A stretch of 64,000 nucleotides of DNA, from the IMG/VR virus record IMGVR_UViG_3300037493_005562. One strand, 5' to 3'. The notes below the pieces were generated by a model, which saw only the letters and a list, made by a program, of their open reading frames with translations, searched no databases and had not been told where the DNA came from. Each line of letters begins with the position of its first letter. The stretch's first letter is position 1. The stretch is from an uncultured virus (IMG/VR IMGVR_UViG_3300037493_005562). Taxonomy: Duplodnaviria > Heunggongvirae > Uroviricota > Caudoviricetes. A program made the translations under genes and the position numbers. Positions 8,045-17,181 of the stretch are shown here, piece by piece.

Positions 8045-9090
8045 ACGGTACTTCCTTTCAGACGGGGTTCGAGTTCTCGGGCGTAGACGTGTTCAGCGGC
8101 GGCGGTTCTGGTTGGGAATCCGCCCCTCGTGTCCCCGCCACCATGGAAGTAGTGTCGGCCTGCCCAGCTCTTGCCTTCCCTCATCACGCGGCCGATGATC
8201 TTGTGGTCAGAGCGCAGAGAGACGTAGCCCCAGCCATGTGGGTCGGGCTTCGAGATGGAGTAAGGCTTCACCACTCGGCCCTCGCGCGTGAAGAGCGAGC
8301 CCAGAACGCGCGCTCGGCCATCACGAGCCGAAACATGGCTTTGTTGTAGTGGTGGGTGCTTTCCCCACACAGGAGCGGGTACAGGCTCGCCTGCACGAGC
8401 CAATCCACGTCACTGAACGGGTTGATCTCGACGAAGTGCACACCTGCCTCCTCACGCCACATCACCAAGCTCCTTCATCGATTCGCCATTCGATCCACCC
8501 ATCGCGACTGAAGAACGCCTTCGGCCACTGCTTCAAGCCCCGAGCACGCGCCCAAGACATCTCGGCCTGGACCTGCCAGCAGATGTCGCTGAAGGTGTTC
8601 ATTCGCAGGTCATCCGCTCCTCGCGTCGTCACGCATGAGGCTTTCCAGTTCCCGGGCGTAGTTGTTCTCGACCCAGGCGGGTCCGATCCAACCGAGATCC
8701 GTGAGCTTGGCCTTGTGCATGACCCGTTCGAGCACCCGCTTGTGCAGGGCTCCCGCGTAGGTGCGTACACGTTCCTCGATGCGTTCGTCGTCGTCGTTCA
8801 TCCCACACCCCCTGGAACGATTCGCACGGGCTTCATCTTGCTCATCAGGAACACTCGTCCATCCGTTCCGAGAATCGGAAGGTGGTGCCCGTCGCCGTCC
8901 TTCGTGACCGTGATGAGCTTGGGCCACATCGTGTTGAAGTCCTTGGCCGAAAGCCGCTGGCGATTCTGCCCCAACTGGTAGGTTTCCGGGAGCTGTACGC
9001 GTTGATACAACCCGTCGTAGGAAACCATCTCGAAGAACGCTCCGACGGGAACGTCCTCAAGGGTGTTCGGAAACTCGGGGGAGTACGCCA

Positions 9091-9411
9091 TCACCCACTC
9101 TCCGGAAGCCAGTCTGTCTCTTCCCCACACACGAAGTCCTGGCGTGAGTCCGACACGACCCAGGTGTGACGGTCCGTGTCGCCAGCGTCTCCGTCCTCCG
9201 GCGACGGAACCGAAACGTCCCAGTCCGCGACGCCCGCTTCCTCTTCGACGAGACGTGCCTTGTGCTTGTTGATCAGAGCCCGGACCTCAGCCACGGGCAT
9301 GTCCACGGGTGCGGCGACCGTGATGTCGAACCACGCCTCGAACGTGACGGTGTAGAGCTTGCAGGGTGCCGCCGAGGTGTCACCTTGGCGCCACGTAGGG
9401 TCGTCGTTCAT
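9091..9411 (-). CDS. Hypothetical protein
   Basis: ATGA overlap, AAGGAG RBS. Confidence 0.55.
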   Translation of the reverse strand: MNDDPTWRQGDTSAAPCKLYTVTFEAWFDITVAAPVDMPVAEVRALINKHKARLVEEEAGVADWDVSVPSPEDGDAGDTDRHTWVVSDSRQDFVCGEETDWLPESG

Positions 9412-9905
9412 GGGGTCTCCTTGGTCACGGTGTAGAGCCGACCAAGAACCTCGCCCAAACCGAAACTCGAAGCGATGTACCCGTCATCCCGTTTCCACGT
9501 GCCGAGCTGAGTCTTGGTGAAGTACGCTGCGATCGGCCACGAGCGATCCACGTCCGCGTTCAGGTCATCCAGGCAGGCCAGCTTCGTCCCGACAGGCAGG
9601 GCGCGCAGCTCTCCCTCCGTACAGATACACCGAAAGCCGACAAGCTCTGCGGGAAGGCCGTATTTGTGTTCTCGGACGTTGAGATCGTCGGATTCGAGAG
9701 CCTGCTCCCGTTCCCACGCATGGAACGCGAGCATCAAAGGCTCGATGGCCTCGCCCATGAAGGGGCCGTCATAGCCCGTGTCCCGCAGAAACTTCAGTTC
9801 GTCGACGACCTTGCGCAAGCGCAGGACTTCGCTCGCAAGCTCCTGGGACTCGGTCCCGCCGAAGCGTTCGAGGATCAGCAGACGGTCGTTGGTCAGCGCC
9901 GACAT
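9408..9905 (-). CDS. Hypothetical protein
   Basis: Operon packing, GGGAG RBS. Confidence 0.55.
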   Translation of the reverse strand: MSALTNDRLLILERFGGTESQELASEVLRLRKVVDELKFLRDTGYDGPFMGEAIEPLMLAFHAWEREQALESDDLNVREHKYGLPAELVGFRCICTEGELRALPVGTKLACLDDLNADVDRSWPIAAYFTKTQLGTWKRDDGYIASSFGLGEVLGRLYTVTKETP

Positions 9906-10657
9906 AGCTGCTCCCATCGCGCGACCGTCGCCTCGGTGTAGGGCAACGAGCCCAAAGCGTAGTTTCCAAGCGCATATTGATCGTTGACTTCGACCAGGAG
10001 CGTTTTACCTTCCTTCGTGACGCCGACGTCGAGCCCGTACGCGACCGGAGCCGACCTGTACGCCTTGATCATCTGAATCACGGTCGCCTTGTCGGGGAGG
10101 ATCCAGTTGTCACCGTAGTACCGGTGGATCCCCAACAACGCCCCTTCATGCACGAAGCACCGGTACTCGGACACGAAGTCCACGAGCCCCGACACCCAGA
10201 CGGGCATCTCTTTGTCGACGTTCGAGGTCTCGGCCAAGTCACGAAACCGCTCGATCGTATGGCCCGTGAACATCTTGTGCTCCACGGGCTTGATGAACAC
10301 CGGCTTGATGTGCTCGGGCTTGGCCTCGTCTTCGATGAAGGCTTTGTGAACCTCCCCGAGCGTCGAGCGTCGGATCTCACGACCGAACCACGGAGTCAGC
10401 TCCTCGGGGTAGTCGAGCGGCGGGGGGATCGGAACACCGATCTGACGAAGTGTGTCGTGAACCGTCTTCACCCACCCGTGAACGAGCGTAGTCGCATCGA
10501 TGTCCAGGTGGTTGAACACGCGGGGGTCGAGCTGGCACGCCTGGAAGCCTTCCGGGCGCAGACCCAGGAACCGAGCCCCCTCCCACAGGGCGTACCCGCA
10601 CGGGGCCACGGGCATGCCGTCTTCGCCGAGCTGGATGTAGACTTTCTTGACGGTCAT
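9893..10657 (-). CDS. ATP-grasp domain protein (R2K/DUF4343-like)
   Basis: DYPEEL..GREI; PVFIKP..KMFTG; FVSEYRCFV; AYGLDVG..LLVEVND. Confidence 0.8.
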   Translation of the reverse strand: MTVKKVYIQLGEDGMPVAPCGYALWEGARFLGLRPEGFQACQLDPRVFNHLDIDATTLVHGWVKTVHDTLRQIGVPIPPPLDYPEELTPWFGREIRRSTLGEVHKAFIEDEAKPEHIKPVFIKPVEHKMFTGHTIERFRDLAETSNVDKEMPVWVSGLVDFVSEYRCFVHEGALLGIHRYYGDNWILPDKATVIQMIKAYRSAPVAYGLDVGVTKEGKTLLVEVNDQYALGNYALGSLPYTEATVARWEQLCRR

Positions 10658-10878
10658 CTACCCACCCTGGTAATCGTCGGACCCGTAGGACCCGAGCGGC
10701 GTTTTGGGTTCCGAGGACTCGCTGTGCAGGTTGTTGACGGGCACCATCAACAGGACGGAATGACCGCGTTCGTAGACCTCGACAAGCTCGTAGTTCCTCG
10801 GCAGCTTGCAAATCTTGCCGCTCGTCCCGCAGGCGGGGCCTTTGACAACACGAACGTGCGTTCCTTCGCGGAAATTGG

Positions 10879-11202
10879 TCACGGGGGTGTCTCGTAAGCT
10901 TTCGAGAAATCAGAGTCTTGGATCAGGACAGGTGTCCCGCCGTCGTGATCCCAAAGCCAGTCCCCGGGCGAAACCGTGGCAAGTATCGTACATATTCCGC
11001 CGTCAACGAAACACAACGCTTTGCCTGGGGGGACCGCAGGAACAGGAAGCCTCTCGACGAGGGTGTAGTAGTCGCGCACTCGCTGAGTCACAGCCTCGTC
11101 GCTCTCGATCACGCCGCGAATGACCACGTGCCGAGGGTCGTCAGGCGGCCACCACTGGAACACCTCGCCCTTCATCTGTACAGGCTTCTTCTGGAACTTC
11201 AC
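10879..11202 (-). CDS. Hypothetical phage protein
   Basis: KFQKKPV..VSPGDWL..DFSKAYE pattern typical of small phage PGDW-type proteins. Confidence 0.55.
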   Translation of the reverse strand: MKFQKKPVQMKGEVFQWWPPDDPRHVVIRGVIESDEAVTQRVRDYYTLVERLPVPAVPPGKALCFVDGGICTILATVSPGDWLWDHDGGTPVLIQDSDFSKAYETPP

Positions 11203-11224
11203 GGGGTTGCCTCGCCTCTCACGG

Positions 11225-11590
11225 TTACGTAACCGAAGCGCCTACGTTGTCAAGACGCCGAATCTCGCCGCAGAAGTCGTCGCCGCACATCATTTCAATC
11301 TTGATGCTTCCACCTTCGGCACCCGTTGGCGGAGTGACGTGCAGCGCCATCTCGTGCGAAAGGTCCCCAAGGATGCAGCGGCCCACAACCGTGATGAAGA
11401 CCACGGGCGTGTCCTTGGGGTACCGCGCGAGCAGGACGGCCTCCTCCTCCACAAAGGGCCCACGGTCGTTCATTCCGGGGCACTCGGCTGGGAACTCGTG
11501 GACCTCGACGAAGTCCGGAGCGCCGGGAGAGGTCCGCACGCGGTAGTGCATGAAACTGTCGATACGGATCTGGTTCTCGATGGGGCTCAT
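11225..11590 (-). CDS. Hypothetical protein
   Basis: ATGA overlap with upstream gene. Confidence 0.55.
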   Translation of the reverse strand: MSPIENQIRIDSFMHYRVRTSPGAPDFVEVHEFPAECPGMNDRGPFVEEEAVLLARYPKDTPVVFITVVGRCILGDLSHEMALHVTPPTGAEGGSIKIEMMCGDDFCGEIRRLDNVGASVT

Positions 11591-12048
11591 GTCTTCTTCC
11601 TGTGATCGCCGTGTTCTATGCCCTCCGCAGCCGCTTCAAGTCTGTCCCCCGCCGAACAGTCGGGGAACTGGTCTGCCTCGGCACGAAGATAGGCCACCGT
11701 CGAGGCACGCTCTTCAACGACGAGGTCCTTCGCTAACGTTGCGACGTTTGCGACCGCTTGGGCCATCATGTCCATCGTGACCGAGCGATACTCGTGCTGT
11801 TTCTCAAGCTCTTCGATCTTTGCGAGCAGGAACGCGATGTCGGCCGGAGCGTTGGCGATCAGCGTCGCGTCTGCGGAGCTAAAGTCCTCGCCCTGCGCCT
11901 GGACCGTATTCAGGTTCGCGTACTCGGCAACATAGACCAACGCACCGCCGCGAGGCCCCTCTATGACGGAGTCACCCGCCTCCCACGACCACGGGGCGGG
12001 CGTTGCAGCCGCGAGCCTTGCCTTGATTTCGTCGATGCGGGTACTCAT
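11587..12048 (-). CDS. Ead/Ea22-like phage protein
   Basis: IKARLAAATPAPW..DATLIANAPADIAFLLAKIEEL. Confidence 0.65.
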   Translation of the reverse strand: MSTRIDEIKARLAAATPAPWSWEAGDSVIEGPRGGALVYVAEYANLNTVQAQGEDFSSADATLIANAPADIAFLLAKIEELEKQHEYRSVTMDMMAQAVANVATLAKDLVVEERASTVAYLRAEADQFPDCSAGDRLEAAAEGIEHGDHRKKT

Positions 12049-12332
12049 GTCGTCTTCCTGGCGAGCAACGTCGCGCGCATCTCATCGAGGCTCGCTCGTG
12101 CGCGATTGCTGACCTCGGGCCCGAAGAGTTGTTTCGGATCGAGCGGTGTCCGGTCACCGAAGCTCTCGACCCACACGAGGAGATCCGCCTCGACTGCTTC
12201 GGGGAGACGACTGAAAACCTGTTCCGTGATACGCGGGTTCTCGTGGCAGTGCATCACGACGAGCGAATAGGCGTACTGCCGAGGTCCTCGCTCGATCTCC
12301 TCCAGCAGCCATGTGGCCTTGTCTTGTCTCAC
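12045..12332 (-). CDS. Hypothetical protein
   Basis: Start/stop overlaps on both sides. Confidence 0.5.
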   Translation of the reverse strand: MRQDKATWLLEEIERGPRQYAYSLVVMHCHENPRITEQVFSRLPEAVEADLLVWVESFGDRTPLDPKQLFGPEVSNRARASLDEMRATLLARKTT

Positions 12333-12829
12333 GTTCGACCCCGTGGATGGAGAATCGCGTCGATGACTTCTGAGAGACTGGAGAGAATGGTGGGACCCGG
12401 GAAAAGGGTCGGGCGCGCCAACGCCGTCTGCGTCACAACGTCAAACCGCCGGGAGTAATTCGGGTGTGCGCCGAGGATCAGCGTTTTCGTAGTCATCGAC
12501 CACGCGCCCAACTCGTAAAGCGCGATGGGGCAGACCGTCTCTTCCGGAAACCAGAACACGATCACGTCCGCGACGCGAAGCATCCGATGCTCCCAGCGGA
12601 TCTGGGCCTCGGCCAGCGTCGGGTCGTCCAGCTTGAAGCTCTTCCGCCGGGGGTTGATCAGGGTCAGGCGTTTGTTGGCCCAGTCGTCTTCCCGGCACTG
12701 GGTCACAACCTCGGCCTGCCAGTCGGGACAACCCGTGATCCCGCCCGCGAGGAAGATGCTCGTGCGCGCATCCGGCGATACCCCGGAGCCCGCATACTCA
12801 GTGGGGCATTCGATGTATTGCAGGCTCAT
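12329..12829 (-). CDS. Nucleoside 2-deoxyribosyltransferase-like protein
   Basis: SIFLAGGITGCPDWQ..INPRR..QIRWE..ADVIVFWFP..CPIALYELG. Confidence 0.85.
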   Translation of the reverse strand: MSLQYIECPTEYAGSGVSPDARTSIFLAGGITGCPDWQAEVVTQCREDDWANKRLTLINPRRKSFKLDDPTLAEAQIRWEHRMLRVADVIVFWFPEETVCPIALYELGAWSMTTKTLILGAHPNYSRRFDVVTQTALARPTLFPGPTILSSLSEVIDAILHPRGRT

Positions 12830-13311
12830 CGAGAAGACCCGTCGTGACACACTTCCCGCAACGCAAGCAATTCCTTTGTCCGCTCGAAGGCTTCCGACTC
12901 ATACGCGAACAACTCAGCGGGGGGCTCGCTGTAGCTAGCCACCCGATACTGCGCCGACGCCGGAACGTACTCGACAGATACTTTCGGGACGCCTCCCACA
13001 AGCACCACAACGCCGTTGAAGTGTCCAGGGAGGCTAAGAGACACGTCCCCCTCCGGACCGCGACGAACGAGGGCGTAGAACATCGAAAAGCCACCCGTCT
13101 TCGGGCCCCGAATGTCCACCGGTTCCATTCGTAGAACCTCACTCCAAGGTGGCTCCTCCGGGGGGGCTGTTGGTGAAGTCCAGTTGATGGGGGCCAACCA
13201 GCGGCCCCCGCTCTGGGTCACGCCCACGGCCGCGAGCGACGAACCGCCGCTCTTCCAGTACACGGTGTAGAGGCCGGGATTGATGTTCCGGAACGGGGAG
13301 GTGTCGATCAT
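12826..13311 (-). CDS. Hypothetical protein
   Basis: ATGA overlaps; GLYTVYWKSGGSSLAAVG motif. Confidence 0.55.
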   Translation of the reverse strand: MIDTSPFRNINPGLYTVYWKSGGSSLAAVGVTQSGGRWLAPINWTSPTAPPEEPPWSEVLRMEPVDIRGPKTGGFSMFYALVRRGPEGDVSLSLPGHFNGVVVLVGGVPKVSVEYVPASAQYRVASYSEPPAELFAYESEAFERTKELLALREVCHDGSSR

Positions 13312-13658
13312 GACTTCTTCCTGTGGTCGCCGCGTTCGATCTCTTTGGCGAAACTCCCGCCGTAGTGGTCCCACAAATAGACCAGGGTTGCCTCCTTCTC
13401 GGTCTCGATCTCGCCACGGAGACGTTCAACCTCTGCGAGCAGGTAGGTGAGGTCGGCGGGAGCATTGGCGATCAACGCCGCGTGTGCGTGACCCTTCTCG
13501 TCCCCAGGAAGTCCTTCCTCGACCGTACATACGGACCAGGGATCTCCTGGGGCGTCCCTGTCCACGACTTCAACATCGCAAAGGTTACGGGGGTCTACGT
13601 GCCACGGGCCCGGTACCACGGCCGCAAGCCGTGACTTGATGTCGTCGATTCGGTTCAT
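13308..13658 (-). CDS. Ead/Ea22-like protein (paralog of 11587-12048)
   Basis: IKSRLAAVVPGPW..ALIANAPADLTYLLAEVERL; shared C-terminus IE.GDHRKK. Confidence 0.65.
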   Translation of the reverse strand: MNRIDDIKSRLAAVVPGPWHVDPRNLCDVEVVDRDAPGDPWSVCTVEEGLPGDEKGHAHAALIANAPADLTYLLAEVERLRGEIETEKEATLVYLWDHYGGSFAKEIERGDHRKKS

Positions 13659-14737
13659 CGAAGTCCCTCCGCGAATCCGTTCGGCTTGATGTGCCTTGTC
13701 CAGTGCGCCTGAGTTTGAACGTGCCCTGCGCGAACCCACTTCAAGAGCTTCTTCCTGAACTCTGAGAAGCGGAACCCTGCCGTCGTTCGCACGACGTAGC
13801 CTTCGGCCTCGGCCGACCAGTGCGGAGTCGGGACGAACTTCCGCAGAAGCGCTTCATCCCACGGGCCGCGGTACAAGACCGGCACCGTGTGGAGTCCGAG
13901 CATCTCAGCGTACGCGACGGTGTCATCCCACGAGAGCGCCTCGTTCTTCTCGTTCCAGATCGAGAACACGAAGAACACCGCAGGCAGGTTCTCGTACCGA
14001 ATCGAGTGCTCGCCCCACAGATTCTCGCCCGCCGCGCGCCACCCTTGAGGCAGCTCGTGGGCGATCTGTCCATGCAGTGCCTTCACGCGGTCGCGGTCGA
14101 TGCGCGGAGCGTACTCCAACGAGCGTGCGTGGACGTAGTCGGCGTACATGTTGGTGTTCTCGCCGTCGAGTTTCAACGTAACGACGACTTCCTGACCTTC
14201 GAGTCCCGAGAGGTCGTTCTGAACACGGTCGTCGTCCGTAACCCCGGGGGACCACGGGGCGTGATGAGATCGGGGATACTTCACGTAGGGCGTGAACAGG
14301 TGAAGGACTTCGGCCAGCACCTTCTGCACGCTCTCGTCGAAGAACAACTCGCCGCGTAGACGTGTCCCGTTCGCCAGAATGGCGTTGCCCCACTTGTCGT
14401 ATCTTTCGTCGGAGTAGAGGTGATTCGGGAGCACAATGCGCGCGATGCCCGCAGCCTCGCGGGCTTCCTCGACGGAGACGAGGGTCTGCTCGCACCGAAG
14501 GTGGTCGGCCTCGCAAACGGTGACGCCGTTGTCGAGGAAGTACCCTCCTTCCTCCCCAGGAGCGGTCCAGAGTTTGCGTTCGATCAGATGGTGAGCGTCA
14601 TGTTTGCCTTCGGGCGTCTCGCCCGCGGTCTTCCCGCAGAGCACGCACTTGTGCCCGTCCCGCGCGAACACGGTGACGCGGAACTCGTCCCTGGTCAGGA
14701 GCTTGTGCGCCGCTGGCGCTGTGTGGACGTGCGACAT
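13655..14737 (-). CDS. HNH endonuclease-RNA ligase (Rnl2-like) fusion
   Basis: N-terminal VFARDGHKCVLC..DAHHL..NGVTVCEADH; KYPRSHH; motif I TLKLDGEN; EGYVVR; KWVR. Confidence 0.85.
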   Translation of the reverse strand: MSHVHTAPAAHKLLTRDEFRVTVFARDGHKCVLCGKTAGETPEGKHDAHHLIERKLWTAPGEEGGYFLDNGVTVCEADHLRCEQTLVSVEEAREAAGIARIVLPNHLYSDERYDKWGNAILANGTRLRGELFFDESVQKVLAEVLHLFTPYVKYPRSHHAPWSPGVTDDDRVQNDLSGLEGQEVVVTLKLDGENTNMYADYVHARSLEYAPRIDRDRVKALHGQIAHELPQGWRAAGENLWGEHSIRYENLPAVFFVFSIWNEKNEALSWDDTVAYAEMLGLHTVPVLYRGPWDEALLRKFVPTPHWSAEAEGYVVRTTAGFRFSEFRKKLLKWVRAGHVQTQAHWTRHIKPNGFAEGLR

Positions 14738-15144
14738 CAGCCGTCCCACTCGGGACGGTACATCGATTGGGCGAGGCGACGAGCTGCTTCAAGCGTTGGG
14801 TGCTTTCCGTAGAGCTTCGCCCCAAGGCGAATCATCTTCATGCAGGCACGCGCTTCGTCTGGGTCTTTGCCGTCCAGGGCCCGAATTAGCGCGTCGACTT
14901 CACGATCAGGATTGAACGTCGTCTCGGGGACATCGTAAGGCCACTCCCACTCGGGTCGGTTGAACTCGGTCAGGAAGAGATTCCCAAACGCTTCGTCGAC
15001 TCCGCCGAAGTCCTTGACGTAGCGACGAACGTTCTCCAGTTCGAGCCGCGCTTTAGGTACGTCCTTCGCATCCAACGCCATGCTCATAAGTAGCAGCGCG
15101 GCGCTTGCTTGCTCCCGCGCCCAAATCTGGTCGGACGTTTTCAT
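14737..15144 (-). CDS. Hypothetical protein
   Basis: TGATG coupling on both sides. Confidence 0.55.
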   Translation of the reverse strand: MKTSDQIWAREQASAALLLMSMALDAKDVPKARLELENVRRYVKDFGGVDEAFGNLFLTEFNRPEWEWPYDVPETTFNPDREVDALIRALDGKDPDEARACMKMIRLGAKLYGKHPTLEAARRLAQSMYRPEWDG

Positions 15145-15563
15145 CAGGGCTCCCTCGGGGGTGCGTACTTCTTCTGGAGCGCCAAAAGCTGATCCCGCTC
15201 CCGACGCTCGTTGTCCAGACGGAAACGCTCGGTGCGGCGTTCGTCCTCGATGCGTTCTTCCTCTGCACGCCTATCGCGGATCTGCCCCGCCCGAATCTCG
15301 GCGTGATGCCGGATGTCCGTCGCGACGGCCTGTTCCTCGTCGGTCCAGTCGGTGTACTGCCTTCCGTTGATGAGCAGCGTACATGCGTACTCAGCCTCGC
15401 AAGGATCCGTCTTCGTAGCCAGAAACCCCGCCCAGCGCTCGATGATGCACACGACCTCGTCGCTGCACTCGATTTCGAGGTCTGACTCGTACCGGTTGTA
15501 GTAGTACCCCTGACCGTCGGTCTCCGCGCTGTTGTGCTTGTACGCGATGAGGGTGAAGTTCAC
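15144..15563 (-). CDS. Hypothetical protein
   Basis: GTGA overlap; coiled-coil C-terminus. Confidence 0.55.
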   Translation of the reverse strand: MNFTLIAYKHNSAETDGQGYYYNRYESDLEIECSDEVVCIIERWAGFLATKTDPCEAEYACTLLINGRQYTDWTDEEQAVATDIRHHAEIRAGQIRDRRAEEERIEDERRTERFRLDNERRERDQLLALQKKYAPPREP

Positions 15564-15991
15564 GGCTTCACCAGGGATACCGGGATCTTAATCTGGCGGG
15601 CACCGAAGTACGCACACCCAAACTTGTGCTGGTACTGTTCGCCGACGCGGCCAGGGCAGCCCGGACAGTCCTCGGACGCAGGCCACGGTCTGTCCTTGCG
15701 GGGATTGGGATCCATCCACGCATCGTCGTAGCCTTCATCTGCATAGGTCACGATGGCGGGGTGTCCGGATCGAAGGATCGACACAAGGTACGCCTGGAAA
15801 CCTCCCTCGCGGACGGTCATCCCGTGATCCGCTGCGATCTCCTCAGCAGTCTCGTGACGGAGCTTCGTCCAGTGGGTGAAGCGCAACTTCACCTCCCCCT
15901 CATTGAGCCCCGTTGCCTTCTCGAACGCCGCATAGAAGTCGCTGGTGTCCGCGGCGGCCTTCCAAGCAGCCAGAATCTCCTGCGCGTTCAC
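15560..15991 (-). CDS. Hypothetical protein
   Basis: GTGA overlap; C-terminal CPGC..H..C motif. Confidence 0.55.
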   Translation of the reverse strand: MNAQEILAAWKAAADTSDFYAAFEKATGLNEGEVKLRFTHWTKLRHETAEEIAADHGMTVREGGFQAYLVSILRSGHPAIVTYADEGYDDAWMDPNPRKDRPWPASEDCPGCPGRVGEQYQHKFGCAYFGARQIKIPVSLVKP

Positions 15992-16518
15992 GATGCCCTC
16001 TTCGGGCCGAAGAGCTTCCCCAGGCCGGTCAACAGCGTTCGTGTCGCGGGCGAGATTTCCTTGATCTGCCGAGGCGCGCTCTCCGGAATCACCGGAACCG
16101 ACGCCGGGGCCGTCTTCCGGATCGTGGCGCTGGCTTCGATGGCTTGCACCGTGTCTGAGACAGGTTCTGACGCACCCCATCGCCGGGAACGAGGGAGCAT
16201 AGGGATCTCATACTCCCCCCGCCCTTCGATCACCTGATGTTCGCTCTTTCCAGCCGCGACCACGACACCGTTGGGCCAGCCGGTGATGTCCTCCTGTATC
16301 GCCACGAGCCGCCACGGGGGGCCGATGCGATCGAGCACGGGGCGGTCCTTGTGAGCGATCGTGTCCCGAATCGGAATCTCGGGAACGCCCACGGGCGCAG
16401 AACAGTTCACGCGGAAGCGCCGCCCTGTTGCCGCTCCCTGCACGAGTGCCGAGACCGGCACACCGTCGGCGTCGAGGTGGAGGCCGACGAGCTTCCAGGG
16501 GCCGTGTTGTTCGGTCAC
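15988..16518 (-). CDS. Hypothetical protein with internal duplication
   Basis: GPWKLVGLHLDADGVP versus PPWRLVAIQEDITGWP. Confidence 0.55.
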   Translation of the reverse strand: MTEQHGPWKLVGLHLDADGVPVSALVQGAATGRRFRVNCSAPVGVPEIPIRDTIAHKDRPVLDRIGPPWRLVAIQEDITGWPNGVVVAAGKSEHQVIEGRGEYEIPMLPRSRRWGASEPVSDTVQAIEASATIRKTAPASVPVIPESAPRQIKEISPATRTLLTGLGKLFGPKRAS

Positions 16519-16913
16519 GATGTCACCGCTGCGCGGACTTCACGGAGCGCCGCGAGTCGGATCTCAGGCAGGTCATGCAGCGCGACGACGGTAGCCTTGA
16601 CCTTGTACCAGGACCGAACCACGCGACACACCTCGTCTGCGCGAGCGCGGTTGTGAAACCGCGTGACCTCGAACATCGCAGGGGTCGTGTGAACGGCAAA
16701 GAAAAGAGGTTCTCGGGGAGACACCGACGTGTCTCCCGTCGCGACGACAAACGCAGCGTCCTCGTCGATCGCCACAACGAACAGGGGCTCGGAAGGAAGG
16801 CGCACGGTGAGCCAGCCGTCGATTTCAGCGTCGAGGATGTTGGCGGACGAAGGCATGGGGACGCCCGGAGAAAAGAAGTGGAAGAAGGAGTGAGCAGACG
16901 TGGGGATTTCCAC
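16515..16913 (-). CDS. Hypothetical protein
   Basis: Overlaps the downstream start codon. Confidence 0.45.
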   Translation of the reverse strand: MEIPTSAHSFFHFFSPGVPMPSSANILDAEIDGWLTVRLPSEPLFVVAIDEDAAFVVATGDTSVSPREPLFFAVHTTPAMFEVTRFHNRARADEVCRVVRSWYKVKATVVALHDLPEIRLAALREVRAAVTS

Positions 16914-16939
16914 CCCGGGGCGTATCGGTCGTTCCCCTG

Positions 16940-17180
16940 ATCTTCGCGAGAGCCCCCTGCCAAGGCTCCACCCCCATGCCTGGGGGCTACCTACGGATAG
17001 CTCTCGATCTGCCCTTTAAGGGCTACGTCGCTCACGTGAGGTGGTTGCAACAAAGGAGGACCGACCAAACCCCCCGGTACAGTCGGTCCCCCAGCCGTTG
17101 TGCAGGCTGGGGTCTTTTCGACACGCGGTAGTAAAAGGTGGGGGACTACCGGGCGGGTCGTTGTGACCCCGCCCGTGTGT
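16940..17180 (-). ncRNA. Hairpin-rich intergenic element (candidate ncRNA or regulatory leader)
   Basis: About seven consecutive stem-loops in a non-coding gap. Confidence 0.4.
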
Positions 17181-17181
17181 C

